Source: Octopus vulgaris (taxonomy: Eukaryota). From it: a stretch of DNA of 64,000 nt. The notes under the pieces were generated by a model, which saw only the letters and a list, made by a program, of their open reading frames with translations, was not told where the DNA came from and ran no database searches. The stretch lies in NCBI GenBank assembly GCA_951406725.2, contig OX597821.1, positions 76,198,001 through 76,262,000 on the forward strand, in the 5' to 3' direction. Position 1 is the first letter of the stretch, and each line of letters starts with the position of its first letter. Shown here piece by piece: positions 1 to 12,480 of this stretch. Position numbers and translations under genes: made by a program.

Positions 1-238
1 TTTTGCTTTCAAAACACCTAGACCCACCTTATGTAAGTCTCTCAGATTTGTAGCGAGTATACTGAAGAACTGTAAGCTCGTGAAACCCAAACTTTTGCAC
101 TATCTTGATATATACTCTGATGACGATATTAGGGTCGTTGATGCTGTGCAGTGGAGTTCCATCCCGGTGCTAGCATAACTTTCAATGACAATGTTGGGTA
201 CAAGTCCTTCAGATATTTTCCAGAAGCATATCACAGCA

Positions 239-240
<2 letters not shown>
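1..240 (-). mobile_element. Degenerate CR1/L2-group LINE ORF2 C-terminal fragment (diverged relative of 3948-4978)
   Basis: Reverse strand translates to YAVICFWKISEGLVPNIVIESY...CKSLGF...LRDLHKV. This aligns with [22 protein letters not shown]...CNSLGF...LRDLHGV at about 4540-4750. One in-frame stop. Confidence 0.8.
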
Positions 241-320
<80 letters not shown>

Positions 321-344
321 ATATCTATACACATGCACACATCC

Positions 345-379
<35 letters not shown>

Positions 380-456
380 CATACATACATACAAATATAT
401 AAGCAAATAAATATGCACACATATATATATATATCTGTATATACATAGGTATGTGC

Positions 457-508
<52 letters not shown>

Positions 509-543
509 GTGTGTGTGTAAATATATATACATAGGTGTATACA

Positions 544-586
<43 letters not shown>

Positions 587-712
587 GTTTGTATATACAG
601 GCATATATACATATACGTATATATATATTTATATATATATATATACTTATATATACATATATGTATACGTATGTATACACACACACATACATACATACAC
701 ACACACATACTA
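239..712. repeat. Compound microsatellite (TCTA)n/(TA)n/(CA)n, representative of dozens of tracts across the window
   Basis: Directly visible. Similar tracts at 2440-2600, 3220-3365, 3625-3947, 8927-9057, 18300-18660, 27240-27600, 43410-43760, 48120-48412, 56470-58740 and 61500-62130. Confidence 0.97.
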
Positions 713-853
713 ATTGAGAGCTGGAAAGGAAGAAATGTGACTATTAGCCATCCGAAACCCCATCATCCCCTACAGCACAAGTGGTGTTCTTCTCCCTCAC
801 CCTGGACTGAAGTGTACTAAATACCCGGAAACGAATTTTTACCGACGACGATG

Positions 854-906
<53 letters not shown>

Positions 907-2014
907 CGCAATATGAGTGCGTGCGTGTGTATGTATATATTAAATACGAGGAAGAAGGAAAGAGGAGAGAGATATTTGGATATAAATATTGTTTAAGAAT
1001 CAAACAAACCATAAAATGCCATTAAAAATGAAGATATGAGACATGTAAAATAATTTCTTTTGAAGGAATCGTGTTGGAATATGTTCTCGAAGTTTATCAA
1101 AAGCAACGACACTCTTCAACTTCACAGCTGTAATACCTAATGAATTATAGACATACGTTTACTAAAAATTTAATTTTTTTCTCATTTTTTTTTCCTGGTC
1201 ACTCTATATCTTGGTCATTATAACAATTTATAGATTAGTCAATAATGCTAACTCTCGTTATCTTTCCACGATAAATCAATGATATATAAGCCTATTGATT
1301 TTCGTTGGTAAGCATATCAACGTTGTGTTTGTTGGGTAAAAAAAAATTAGATAAATTTTTCTTGCCATATGTACCCCTTTACGGTGCAAACTAAATACAT
1401 AAAAGTTGTTTGTTACCTCTCACATCATCTTTGTATTCAGGATAGCAAATATAAAGATATCTGTGCAGTACATGTTGTTACTCCATATATTTTGGGAGAA
1501 TGGTGGTACGCCAACTCCATCTGCATCCGTTTTTCTTCGGTTTTAAGGACCAAGTCTTTTGCTCTCATCACCCATCTTCAACGTTTAATATATCTACTGT
1601 CTTAAATTCCACCGAGGTCGACTTTGCCTTTCATCATTAAAGGCTTGGTACATTAAGTACCAGTTGCGTATTGGCGTCAATCTAATCGACTGGCCTCCTC
1701 CCCAAACTTTTGGGTAAGGTGTGACAAGGACATCATGAAAACCAATTTCCTCCGAACTGTGATGGGTTTTAAGTGTGTCTACAATGAGGGTGACGGCATG
1801 CGGCTTTATATCGTTGAACAGCACCCTAGAGGTAATTCATATGGCTGGGTGAAGCAGCTGGAAACTGATCAATCCTTAACTAGAGAGGGTTACCCCTGGA
1901 AAGCCATATGTCAGGCACCAAGATGTGGCTCCTTGCCATACCTCCGAAGGAGACAGAAGTGATTGTCGGAGAATCTGTACGACTTCACCAGCTTCAATAT
2001 TTGGCCTCTTGTAA

Positions 2015-2225
2015 GGCGGTGAGTTAGAAGAATCGTTAGCACGCCAGACAAAATGCTTAACGGCGTTTCGTCCGTCTTTGCGATCTGAGTTCAAATTCCG
2101 CTGGGGTCGACTTTGCCCTTCATCCTTTTGGAATCGATAAAATAAGTACAAGCTGAGTACTGGGGTCGATGTAATCGACTTCCTCTTTCCCAGATTTGCT
2201 GGCCTTCTGTCAAAATTTGAAGTCA
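2015..2225 (+). mobile_element. tRNA-derived SINE family A (Nin/Deu-like core)
   Basis: Head GGCGGTGAGTTAGAAGAATCGTTAGCACGCC, B-box GAGTTCAAATTCC, core GGTCGACTTTGCCCTTCATCC...GATAAAATAAGTAC. Partial copy also at about 1601-1715. Confidence 0.85.
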
Positions 2226-2242
2226 GTATTTGGTCTCTATAC

Positions 2243-2766
<524 letters not shown>

Positions 2767-3298
2767 TCTTGGTTTCCCCATTTGTATTCCAATGAATTAC
2801 TTGTGTAGAGCGCAGTTGACAAAACCCCAAACCACTTTTACCTAAAACACCAAGGACCAGCTAGGGTCAAGATCAAGGAGGTGATTGAAGATCATCCTAG
2901 GGACACAGAGGCATGCGTACACCAGGTTCTGAAGCCGCTTGAAAGCAGGGGGTGAAGCTGAGTTCGGCCATGTAAAGTAAACTGTTATCTCCCAGCCATA
3001 ATCCTACATCCAAATGCACATTTATTCAAGACTAAATCGTTTGCGACACCCATATTCTTACAAAAGTGCCCTGCTTTTAGGCTACAATCAGTTTCTATCT
3101 CTATTGGTCAAAACTTCGAAAGATAAAATCAGGAAAGCATAAATAAATAAGTAAATAAATAAATATATGGCCGCAGACAAATGACTGAAGCAAATAAATA
3201 AATAAAAGAATGTATATATATATATATGCATATATGAGTATGTATATATATTTACACACGCACACGCACACTTACACATACACACATACATACACACA

Positions 3299-3367
<69 letters not shown>

Positions 3368-3439
3368 GGGCTACACACCGAACTGGCTTGGTACCTCAAT
3401 TTAAGAACTAATTCAACTGAATCTTAATTATATATATAT

Positions 3440-3594
3440 ATGGCCTAGTGGTTAGGGCAGCGGACTCGCGGTCGCAGGATCGCGGTTTCGATTCTCAGAC
3501 CGGGCGTTGTGTGTGTTTATTGAGCGAAAACACCTAAAAGCTCTACGAGGCTCCGGCAGGGGGTGGTGATCCCTGCTGTACTCTTTCACCACAA
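3440..3594 (+). mobile_element. tRNA-derived SINE family C (OR1-like), 5' part
   Basis: A-box TGGCCTAGTGGTTAGG, B-box GGTTTCGATTCTC, body TTTATTGAGCGAAAACACCTAAAAGCTC. Homologous to the longer reverse copy at 10141-10490. Confidence 0.8.
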
Positions 3595-3620
3595 GAGCTG
3601 AAACTGGAAAAACAAACAAA

Positions 3621-3651
<31 letters not shown>

Positions 3652-3673
3652 AATGTATGTATATATACCTATA

Positions 3674-3726
<53 letters not shown>

Positions 3727-3826
3727 TATATATATATATATGTATGTATGCATGTATGTATGTGTGTATATATGCCTATATGCATATATATATATATATA
3801 TATATTTGTATGTATGTATATATATG

Positions 3827-3857
<31 letters not shown>

Positions 3858-3874
3858 GTGTATATATGCCTATA

Positions 3875-3924
<50 letters not shown>

Positions 3925-3947
3925 TATATATATATATATATATATAG

Positions 3948-4977
3948 ACATGCCTTCAGTTGCTACGATGACCACCCTTGCTAGCTATGCAGATGACACA
4001 AAAGTCTCCCACGCAATACAAAACCCTGAAAATATTGCGCATCTGCAACATGAGCTGGACACAATATACAGGTGGGCTGAGGACAACAACATGCAGTTTA
4101 ATGCAGGTAAGTTCCAGGCCCTGCGCTACTGGCACACAAAGGTAAATGACGTGAAGACTGGATACACTGGCCCAGGAAGAATTGCAATCCCTGAGTCAAA
4201 ATCAGTGCGTGACCTGGGCATTGACATGAGCAATGATGCATCTTTCCAAATGCATATTGCTAATCTGGTGATAAAATGCAGACGGCTAGCTGGATGGATT
4301 CTCCGAACTTTCAGAACAAGAGAGAAGGAGACACTGATGGTCCTATGGAAAATATTTGTCCTCAGCCGCTTGGACTACTGCTCCCAACTTTGGTCACCAC
4401 ACAATATAAAACAAACAGCAGAACTCGAAGCAACTCAGAGAAGCTACACAAAGAAAATCGTCTCAATGCAAAATGTCAGCTACTGGGAAAGACTGAACGT
4501 ATTAAACCTCTTCTCCCTGGAGCGGAAGCGGGAGAGATATGCAGTGATATACATCTGGAAAATCCTGGAGGGTCTTGTCCCAAACTTTGGCATTCAAAGT
4601 TACTCCAACCGCAGAACGGGCGCCGCTGCGTGGTGCCAAGGATTCCAACATCACCATCAAAATACAGGTCCAGATACTGCAACAGCTTGGGTTTCAGAGG
4701 ACCACAGCTCTTTAACATCCTCCCTAAATGCCTGAGAGACTTACATGGTGTGGATGTGGGTTTCTTTAAAACTAAACTGGATCTCTTCTTGTTGGGAGTC
4801 CCAGATGAACCTACCTCACGACAGGAGACACGGATGCGGGCAGCAGCATCGAACTCCCTTGTTGATCAAGTGCCACGTATCAGAGGTGGATTCACAAACT
4901 AGTGTAGCTCATTCAGCGGTGGTGCCCCAGCATGGCCGCGGCCTTCGGGCTAAAACATTTTTAAGGATTTAAGGATT

Positions 4978-4978
<1 letters not shown>
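3948..4978 (+). mobile_element. 5'-truncated CR1/L2-group LINE (RT C-terminus plus 3' UTR)
   Basis: [47 protein letters not shown], with one frameshift near 4620. 3' UTR ends in a (TTTAAGGA)n tail. Confidence 0.93.
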
Positions 4979-5010
<32 letters not shown>

Positions 5011-5044
5011 GTATATATATATATATATAAATACATAAAACAGT

Positions 5045-5205
5045 TTTCTTTCAGCTTCCGCCCACGAAATCCACTCACAAGTAAATGGTTGGCCGGAGGC
5101 TAAAAAGAGGACGCTTGCCCCAGGTGCCACGTAGTGGAACTGAACCCCTAACCATGCAGCTACGAAACAAACTTCTTACTCTCAGAAACAGCCTACACCT
5201 GCACC
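5045..5205 (-). mobile_element. SINE family B, diverged 5' half
   Basis: Contains CTTTCAGCTTCCG...AAATCCACTCACAAG...CTTGCCCCAGGTGCCACG...CTACACCTGCACCTA, the reverse complement of the family B head. Confidence 0.75.
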
Positions 5206-5230
5206 TACGTTTTATAGGCACAGACAAATT

Positions 5231-5303
<73 letters not shown>

Positions 5304-5632
5304 TTATTGATAGATAGCCAATGTTTGTGGAAGTCGCGCTAGCTTCATTTCTTGAATTTGCATATATGGCCCTTACAGAATCCGTCCCAGCTTCCGCAAT
5401 ACGCAGCAGTTGTTTTCGTAGCCTTCTTGTTCTTCTTCATTGGTCAGACGTTCCTGTTGCGTCTACTTTTCGGACGGGGGTCGATTATGCGTGATTAAGA
5501 TTATCAGGAGCGAAGGTAGTAAACATGCAATGATCAACAGGAGGTGGACGCTGGCACTTTGCTATATGCAAATGTGCTACGGGAAACAGCTGAAATATTG
5601 TAATAATACACAAACACACACACACATATAAA

Positions 5633-5696
<64 letters not shown>

Positions 5697-5909
5697 GCAC
5701 TAAAATCTCCACTAAAGAGATTCTGAAGATATCAGTATTACTTTTATGCAAAACAGTTTCCGAAAATCATCGCCTGCAACGGAAGCTTATGGTGATCATT
5801 TCGTCTTCCTTATTCGATTTCCTTCGTTTTTTGTTGGTTTCTTTTTTTTTTTTTGTTTCATTTCTGTTTTTGGGTTATTTTCTCTCATATAACGATAACA
5901 TCATCATAT

Positions 5910-6073
5910 AGGTGCAGGAGTGGTTATGTGGTAAGTAGCTTGTTTACCAACCACATGGTCCTGGGTTCAGTCCCATTGCGTGGCACCTTGGGCAAGCGTC
6001 TTCTACTATAGCTTAGGGCCGACCAAAGCCTTGTGAGTGGATTTGTTACACGGAAACTGGAAGATGCCCGTCG

Positions 6074-6142
<69 letters not shown>

Positions 6143-6407
6143 ATGTGTGTGAGCGTGTGTGTGTGTGTGTGCATGTGTGTGTGTATGTGTGTGTATGTGT
6201 TTGTATGTCTGTGTTTGTCTCCCCAACATCACTTGACAACCGGTGATGGTGTGTTTACGTAACCGTAACTTAGCGGTTCGACAAAAGACACCGATAGAAT
6301 AAGTACTAAATTACAAAGAATAAGCTCTGGAGTCGATTTGCTCGACTAAAGGCGGTGCTCCAGCATGGCTGCAGTCAAATGACTGAAAGAAGTAAAAGAA
6401 TTAAAGA
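5910..6407 (+). mobile_element. SINE family B, full length
   Basis: GGTGCAGGAGTGGTTATGTGGTAAG head, internal (TA)n(TG)n, tail GGCGGTGCTCCAGCATGGCTGCAGTCAAATGACTGAAA. Confidence 0.92.
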
Positions 6408-6899
6408 ATATACATACGTGCATACATACATACATACATACATACATACATACATACATACATACATACATACATACATACATACATACATACATACATA
6501 CATACGTACGTCCGTGTGTGTATGTGTGTCTGCGGCTGTGTAGCTCCGATACTATCTTTCGTAAGATTCCGTAGTTTTCCGTCTGTTTATTTTAAAACCC
6601 TTTTGTATATAAGTCGAAATGCAACTTAAGGCCTCTACACGCAAATCCTTTATTACATCACTTTAATTGACTTCATTGTATGTCTGAGAGTGTGGTACTT
6701 AATTGGTCACTTATATATTTTAAATTCAAGCATTTCATGGTATGGCGCAAATGGTAGAAATCGTTATTCTTTTAGGACCATGCATAGCAAAGCCAGTGGG
6801 GTAAAACTTTGATATATTTCTACCAAAAATTGTCCCAGGCCACGCCTAACTTAGCAGCACTACCTGATGAGATGTGTGAAGCGTATCAGGACCCACCAC

Positions 6900-7292
6900 G
6901 ATAACAATTACCTCTCCCCCACTCAGGAAATTCCCCCCGTCGACAACTACTCCCTAGGACAATACTCCCCGATGACAACTATCCCCTAGGACAATTCCCC
7001 TGACGACAACTACCCCTTGACAATTCCCCTGACGACAACTACCCCCAGGACAATTCGCCTCAGTGAAAACTACCCCAGGACAATTCTCCCTACGACAACT
7101 ACCCCTAGGACAATTACCCCCGATGACAACTACCGCCTAGGACAATTACCTCCGATGACAACTACCCCCGAGACAATTTCTCCGACGACAACTAACCCTA
7201 GAACAATTACTCCTCTTGGTTAATTACCTCCTCGCCAATATATTAAGAAGTTTTAAATCAACGAGTTATTGTCCATGGGGTGTAAGTGTCAT
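6900..7292. repeat. About 30-bp minisatellite (GACAACTACCCCTAGGACAATTCCCCCGAC) x about 9-10, probably inside a non-autonomous DNA transposon
   Basis: Tandem units at about 6925-7230. An inverted remnant of the unit (TTATTGTCCATGGGGTGTAAGTGTC) lies at about 7266-7290. Confidence 0.8.
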
Positions 7293-7659
7293 AGACTCGT
7301 GTAAAGTCATTTTTGAGTTACGTTTGTTGTGTCATGACCCATTCAAGTTGGCAGTCGTTGTTTGAGATATGGCCAGGTGACTTGTTTGGTATCCCCTGAT
7401 GGAATTTGTCCAGGTATCCTTTGAAGGTGAGCGGACCTTTTTCTTCGTTGATCTGTTTTTGGAGAACGCATCTATGTTAATGTTTCTTTCTATGTTTAGT
7501 TATTATGAAGACAAGTTTACATTAATCCGGGTTATTTTGTACTTGTGTAGCGTACAAATTGATTACTCTTAAACGTCGAGTGTAACTTCAAAGTCTCGGC
7601 TAGTTTCGTGTGTGTGTGTGTGTGTATGTGTGTATGTGTGTGGCTATGCACGCACAGAA

Positions 7660-8007
7660 GGCAAGCTAGTGAAATGCTTAACACGCCGAGTGAAATTTAG
7701 CGGTATTTCGTCTGCCGTTACATTCTGAGTTCTAATTCCGCCGAGGTCCACTTTGCCTTTCATACTTTTGGGGTCGATAAATTAAGTACGAGTTAGTCAC
7801 TGGGGTCAATATAATCGACTTAATCCGTTTGTCTGTCCTTATTTGTCCTCTCTGTGTTTAGCCCCTTGTGGGTAGTAAAGAAATCGGTATTTCATCCGTT
7901 CGTCCGTTCGTCCGTCCTTACCTTCTGAGTTCAAATTCCGCCGAGGCCGACTTTACCTTATACCCTTTCGGGGTAAGTTGAGCACTGAGGTCGGTGTGAT
8001 CGACTGA
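7660..8007 (+). mobile_element. SINE family A, with a second internal unit
   Basis: The core GAGTTC(T/A)AATTCCGCCGAGG...CTTTGCCTTTCAT occurs twice, joined through GGGTAGTAAAGAAATCGGTATTTC. Confidence 0.85.
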
Positions 8008-8220
8008 AATAGTCCTGGCTAAGAATATAAAAACTGCATCCCTCTGCCAAGCAGTCTCGTGCCAGTGTGACAGAGAATGCTAAACAAAGCAGAATGATCT
8101 CATGCTTAAATTCACGGCCTCCACATCAGACCGTGGCTGGTGGAGAGAACACGTGAAAGCTGTTGTCCTGCAGTGGACTGAATAAGCTATCCACTCCAAT
8201 CTAGCACACATACACACACA

Positions 8221-8261
<41 letters not shown>

Positions 8262-8674
8262 ATATATGCGTAGTTGGAGATGTATGTAAACATAAGTGTA
8301 TGCATGTAAATATAACGAGAGCGAGAGAAAAAAGTCAATAAATGAAGTGGAAAATTTATGCTCCTGTATATAATTAAAGGCTCGTGACGGTGAGTGAAAG
8401 GTTTCAATACCTGAGGATCTTCGATTTAAAAATCTTATTTAACATTCATCATCAACACCCAAAAGAGAAGAGACGTGGATGTGTGGTAAGAATACTGCTT
8501 CCCAGTCACATGGTGCTGGGTTCAGTACCACTGCGTGACATCTTGGTCAAGGTGTATATACGTCACTAAGGTGAACATTATAAATAATATGGGCGGTTAA
8601 TTAGCAATTTTACAACCTAAAGTGACGTATATATTTCTGGTTTTAGGTTGTAAAATTGCGAATTAGCCACCCAT

Positions 8675-8731
<57 letters not shown>

Positions 8732-8732
<1 letters not shown>

Positions 8733-8788
8733 GGAGCTTCTACAGGACTAGAACTGTTTCATTCAAAAGAAATCTTCAGGAAGCTCCT
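8732..8788 (-). ncRNA. Type I hammerhead ribozyme (PLE-associated)
   Basis: Reverse strand: AGGAGCTTC-CTGAAGA-TTTCTTTTGAAT-GAAA-CAG(ttctagtc)CTG-TA-GAAGCTCCT. This gives a 9-bp stem I, intact core and a GUA cleavage triplet. Confidence 0.75.
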
Positions 8789-8790
8789 GT

Positions 8791-8839
8791 GCTTCCTGAA
8801 GATTTCTCTTGAATGAAACAGTTCTAGTCCTGTAGAAGC
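8791..8839 (+). ncRNA. Type I hammerhead ribozyme (PLE-associated)
   Basis: GCTTC-CTGAAGA-TTTCTCTTGAAT-GAAA-CAG(ttctagtc)CTG-TA-GAAGC. Predicted cleavage after A8834. Confidence 0.72.
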
Positions 8840-8923
8840 TCCTTCTATATAATAAATTAATTTTACTCTGCTATGTATTGAGTACCTTATTTACTGTGGT
8901 TAACCCCGAATCAACCCGGGACC

Positions 8924-9059
<136 letters not shown>

Positions 9060-9142
9060 TGTGAGTACATCAGTGCAAAACAAGGTGGAAAATATACTAC
9101 TCAAATATTTCTATTTATTTTAATATCAGTTATTTTTATCTC

Positions 9143-9878
9143 GTGGAGGCACATGGCTTAGTGGTTAGGGCGTCAGCACCATGATCGTAAGATTGTGGTT
9201 TCGATTCCTGGACTGGGCGACGCGTTGTGTTCTTGAGCAAAACACTTCATTTCACGTTGCTCCAGTCCACTCAGGTGGCAAAAATGAGTAACGCTGCGGT
9301 GGACTGACGTCCCGTCCAACTAGGGAACACATACGCTATAGAAACCGGGAAACCGGGCCCATGAGTCTGGCTAGGCTTTAAAAGGGCGCGTGGTTTAGTG
9401 GTTAGGGCGTCAGCACCATGATCGTAAGATTGTGGTTTCGATTCCTGGACCGGGCGACGCGTTGTGTTCTTGAGCAAAATACTTCATTTTACGTTGCTCC
9501 AGTCCACTCAGGTAGCCAAAATGAGTAACGCTGCGGTGGACTGGCGTCCCGTCCAACTAGGGAAGACATACGCCATAGAAACCGGGAAATCGGGCCCATG
9601 AGCCTGGCTAGGCTTTAAAAGTACGCGTGGTTTAGTGGTTAGGGTGTCAGCACCATGATCGTAAGATTGTGGTTTCGATTCCTGGACCGGGCGACGCGTT
9701 GTGTTCTTGAGCAAAATACTTCATTTTACGTTGCTCCAGTCCACTCAGGTAGCCAAAATGAGTAACGCTGCGGTGGATTGGCGTCCCGTCCAACTAGGGA
9801 ACACATACGCTATAGAAACTGGGAAACCGGGCCCATGAGCGTGGCTAGGCTTTAAAAGGGCGCATTTATTTATTTAAT
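9143..9878 (+). mobile_element. Head-to-tail trimer of tRNA-derived SINE family D (OR2-like CORE-type), 237-bp period
   Basis: A-box TGG(C/T)TTAGTGGTTAGG at 9154, 9391 and 9628, and B-box GGTTTCGATTCC. The 13-bp direct repeat TTATTTTTATCTC lies at 9130-9142 and 9879-9891. Confidence 0.92.
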
Positions 9879-10140
9879 TTATTTTTATCTCATTTTTTAA
9901 CACCCGTCTCGCGATCCTACTTCAAAATTAATCAGTTATTTTCAATTATTTTCTGAACTCCTCTCCCCGCTCCAAGCAAGTTTTTCCTTCCCATTTCATT
10001 ATAATATTTATGTTTATATACACCTTAATGGTAATTTTCAACATACAGACACATACAGATAGAAGCATTCAACTGGCAACGAATATTAGACCGTTATATT
10101 TTGAAAATCAAATTTAAATGCTTATTCCTGTATCTCCACT

Positions 10141-10490
10141 CGTGGCACTCCGTCGGTTACGACGACGAGAGTTCCAGTTGATCAACGGAACAGCCTGCTC
10201 GTGAAATTAACGTGCAAGTAGCTGAGCACTCTACAGACACATGTATCATTAACGTAGTTCTCAGGGAGATTCAGCGTGTGACAAGGTTGGCCATTTGAAA
10301 TACAGGTACAACAGAAACAGGAAGAAAGAGTAAGAGAAAGTTGTTGTGAAAGAGTAGCGCAAGGATCCCTACTCACCCCCTGCCTGATCCTCGTGGAGCT
10401 TTAGATGATTTCCCTCAATAAACACTCACACCGCCCGGTCCTGGAATCGAAACTGCGAGTCCGCTGCTCTATCCACTGGGCCATTGCATC
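10141..10490 (-). mobile_element. SINE family C (OR1-like), near full length
   Basis: Reverse strand head GCAATGGCCCAGTGGATAGAGCAGCGGACTCGCAGTTTCGATTCC, homologous to 3440-3594. Confidence 0.82.
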
Positions 10491-10654
10491 TCAACTTATA
10501 TTTGAAATAGCTCACGCTATATTACATATACCATCACAATTTTAATCCAATTTTTATCACAACTCCCCTACAAACGGTAAAGTGAAACTCTGAGTAAGAG
10601 TTTTGTGACGAATTCTACAGTTTTAATAAAAGTATGTGATCGTCTGTTCTTTTA

Positions 10655-11215
10655 TTAGTCTCAGTCATTTCACAGCGGCCATACTGGAGCACTGCCTTTA
10701 GTCGAGCAAATCGAACCCAGGACATCTTTGGAAGCCTAGTACTTAATCTATCGGTCTATTTTGCCGAACCGCTCGGTTACGGCGACATATACACACCAGT
10801 TGTCAAGTGATATTGGGGGACAAACAGGCACAAACATACAGACACATACATATATACATACATACATATATATATATATATATGTATGTATATCTATATC
10901 TGTATATATAAATATGTATATATGTATGTATGTGTATGTTTGTGTCTGTGTTTTTCCTCCAATAACGCTTGTGTGCGTGTGTGTGTGTTTGTGTGTGTGG
11001 TTGTGTGTGTGTTTATGTTTGAATTTGTCCCCTCAACATCGCTTGACAACCGATGCTGGTGTGTTCACATCTCCGTAACTTAGCAGTTCGGCAAAAGCGT
11101 CCGATAGAATAAGTACTAGGCTTACAAAGAATAAGTACCGGGGGGTCGATTTGATCGACTAAAGATCGTGCTCCAGCTAGCCGCCGTCAAATGACTGAAA
11201 CAAATAAAAGAAATA
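10655..11215. mobile_element. Two SINE family B 3' halves in inverted orientation around a microsatellite
   Basis: 10655-10840 is the minus-strand tail and 11020-11215 the plus-strand tail (CCCTCAACATCGCTTGACAACCGATGCTGGTG...TGACTGAAACAAATAAAAG). Confidence 0.85.
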
Positions 11216-11757
11216 GAAAAATGTCTAACAAGAGAGAGAAAAACGTGTAGAAATGAAATTAAAATGGAAGATTGTAGAGCAAGTTATTTTGTGAAATGTT
11301 GTGTATAAACGAAATATATTTGTCAGTCACGGAGTGCTGTTCGTGTTTCAATAAATTCCCAGACTTACGTGAAATATCAAAACCTTTCTCTGTTTCTTAA
11401 TAAATCAAAACCTCGTTAGTATTCCGATTTGGAATTTCAGCAAGTCTGTTTATTTCAGGTGAATTTTACTTGAAACACCGTGATCTGATTAGAAATTGCA
11501 ACCACCAACAACGCGCTGCTGCTTTCCTTATTATTATTATTATTATTATTATTATCTTTTTTTGTTTTTTTTTATTACACTTTATAAGCCATTTATCTTA
11601 AATCATTTTTCAAATTTTTGTACTACACACACACACACACACGCATACGAGCGTGAATGTGTCTGTGAATATGCGTATACGCACACGCACAAACACTTAT
11701 ACACACAGACACACACATATAACATATGTATATATATATATATATATTTACATATAA

Positions 11758-11792
<35 letters not shown>

Positions 11793-11881
11793 CATGTATG
11801 CAGAGAGACACATAAATACACACATACGTGTATATATATATATATACATATGACCTTCCGACTGTGGTAGTATCACTGCAA

Positions 11882-11922
<41 letters not shown>

Positions 11923-12014
11923 GTATCATATGCATGTAACAAAGCATATTGGTAGACGTGTGCATATTAGTAGATGTATATATATATATCTATGTGTGTG
12001 TGTGTGTGTATTCA

Positions 12015-12217
12015 TTTCTACTCTTGGTACAAGGCCCTAAATATTGGGGGTGGGACTAGTCGATTAGACTGACCCCAGTACGTAACTGGTAATTAATTTA
12101 AGGACCCCGAAAGGATGAAAGACAAATTTGACCTCGGCGGAATTTGAACTCAGAACGTAAAGACAAACGAAATACCGCTATTTCACCCGCCGTGCTAACG
12201 GTTCTGCCTGCTCGCCT
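12015..12217 (-). mobile_element. SINE family A
   Basis: GACCCCGAAAGGATGAAAGACAAATTTGACCTCGGCGGAATTTGAACTCAGAACG, the reverse complement of the family core. Confidence 0.85.
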
Positions 12218-12221
12218 TGTG

Positions 12222-12295
<74 letters not shown>

Positions 12296-12304
12296 ACATA
12301 CATG

Positions 12305-12353
<49 letters not shown>

Positions 12354-12422
12354 ATGTATGTATGTATGTATTGATTGTAAAAGATTGTAATCAATACATA
12401 CATACATACATACATACATACA

Positions 12423-12477
<55 letters not shown>

Positions 12478-12480
<3 letters not shown>

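Noticed and set aside
6863-6890. CTGATGA motif in a small hairpin
   Set aside because: No GAAA-stem III-UH arrangement follows, so it is not a hammerhead.
6925-7230. CRISPR-like regular repeats (also 25994-26197 and 9143-9878)
   Set aside because: Contiguous tandem units without unique spacers, no cas genes, and eukaryotic context.
9143-9230. tRNA gene-like A/B boxes here and in other SINE heads
   Set aside because: No complete cloverleaf or terminator. They continue into repeated SINE bodies.
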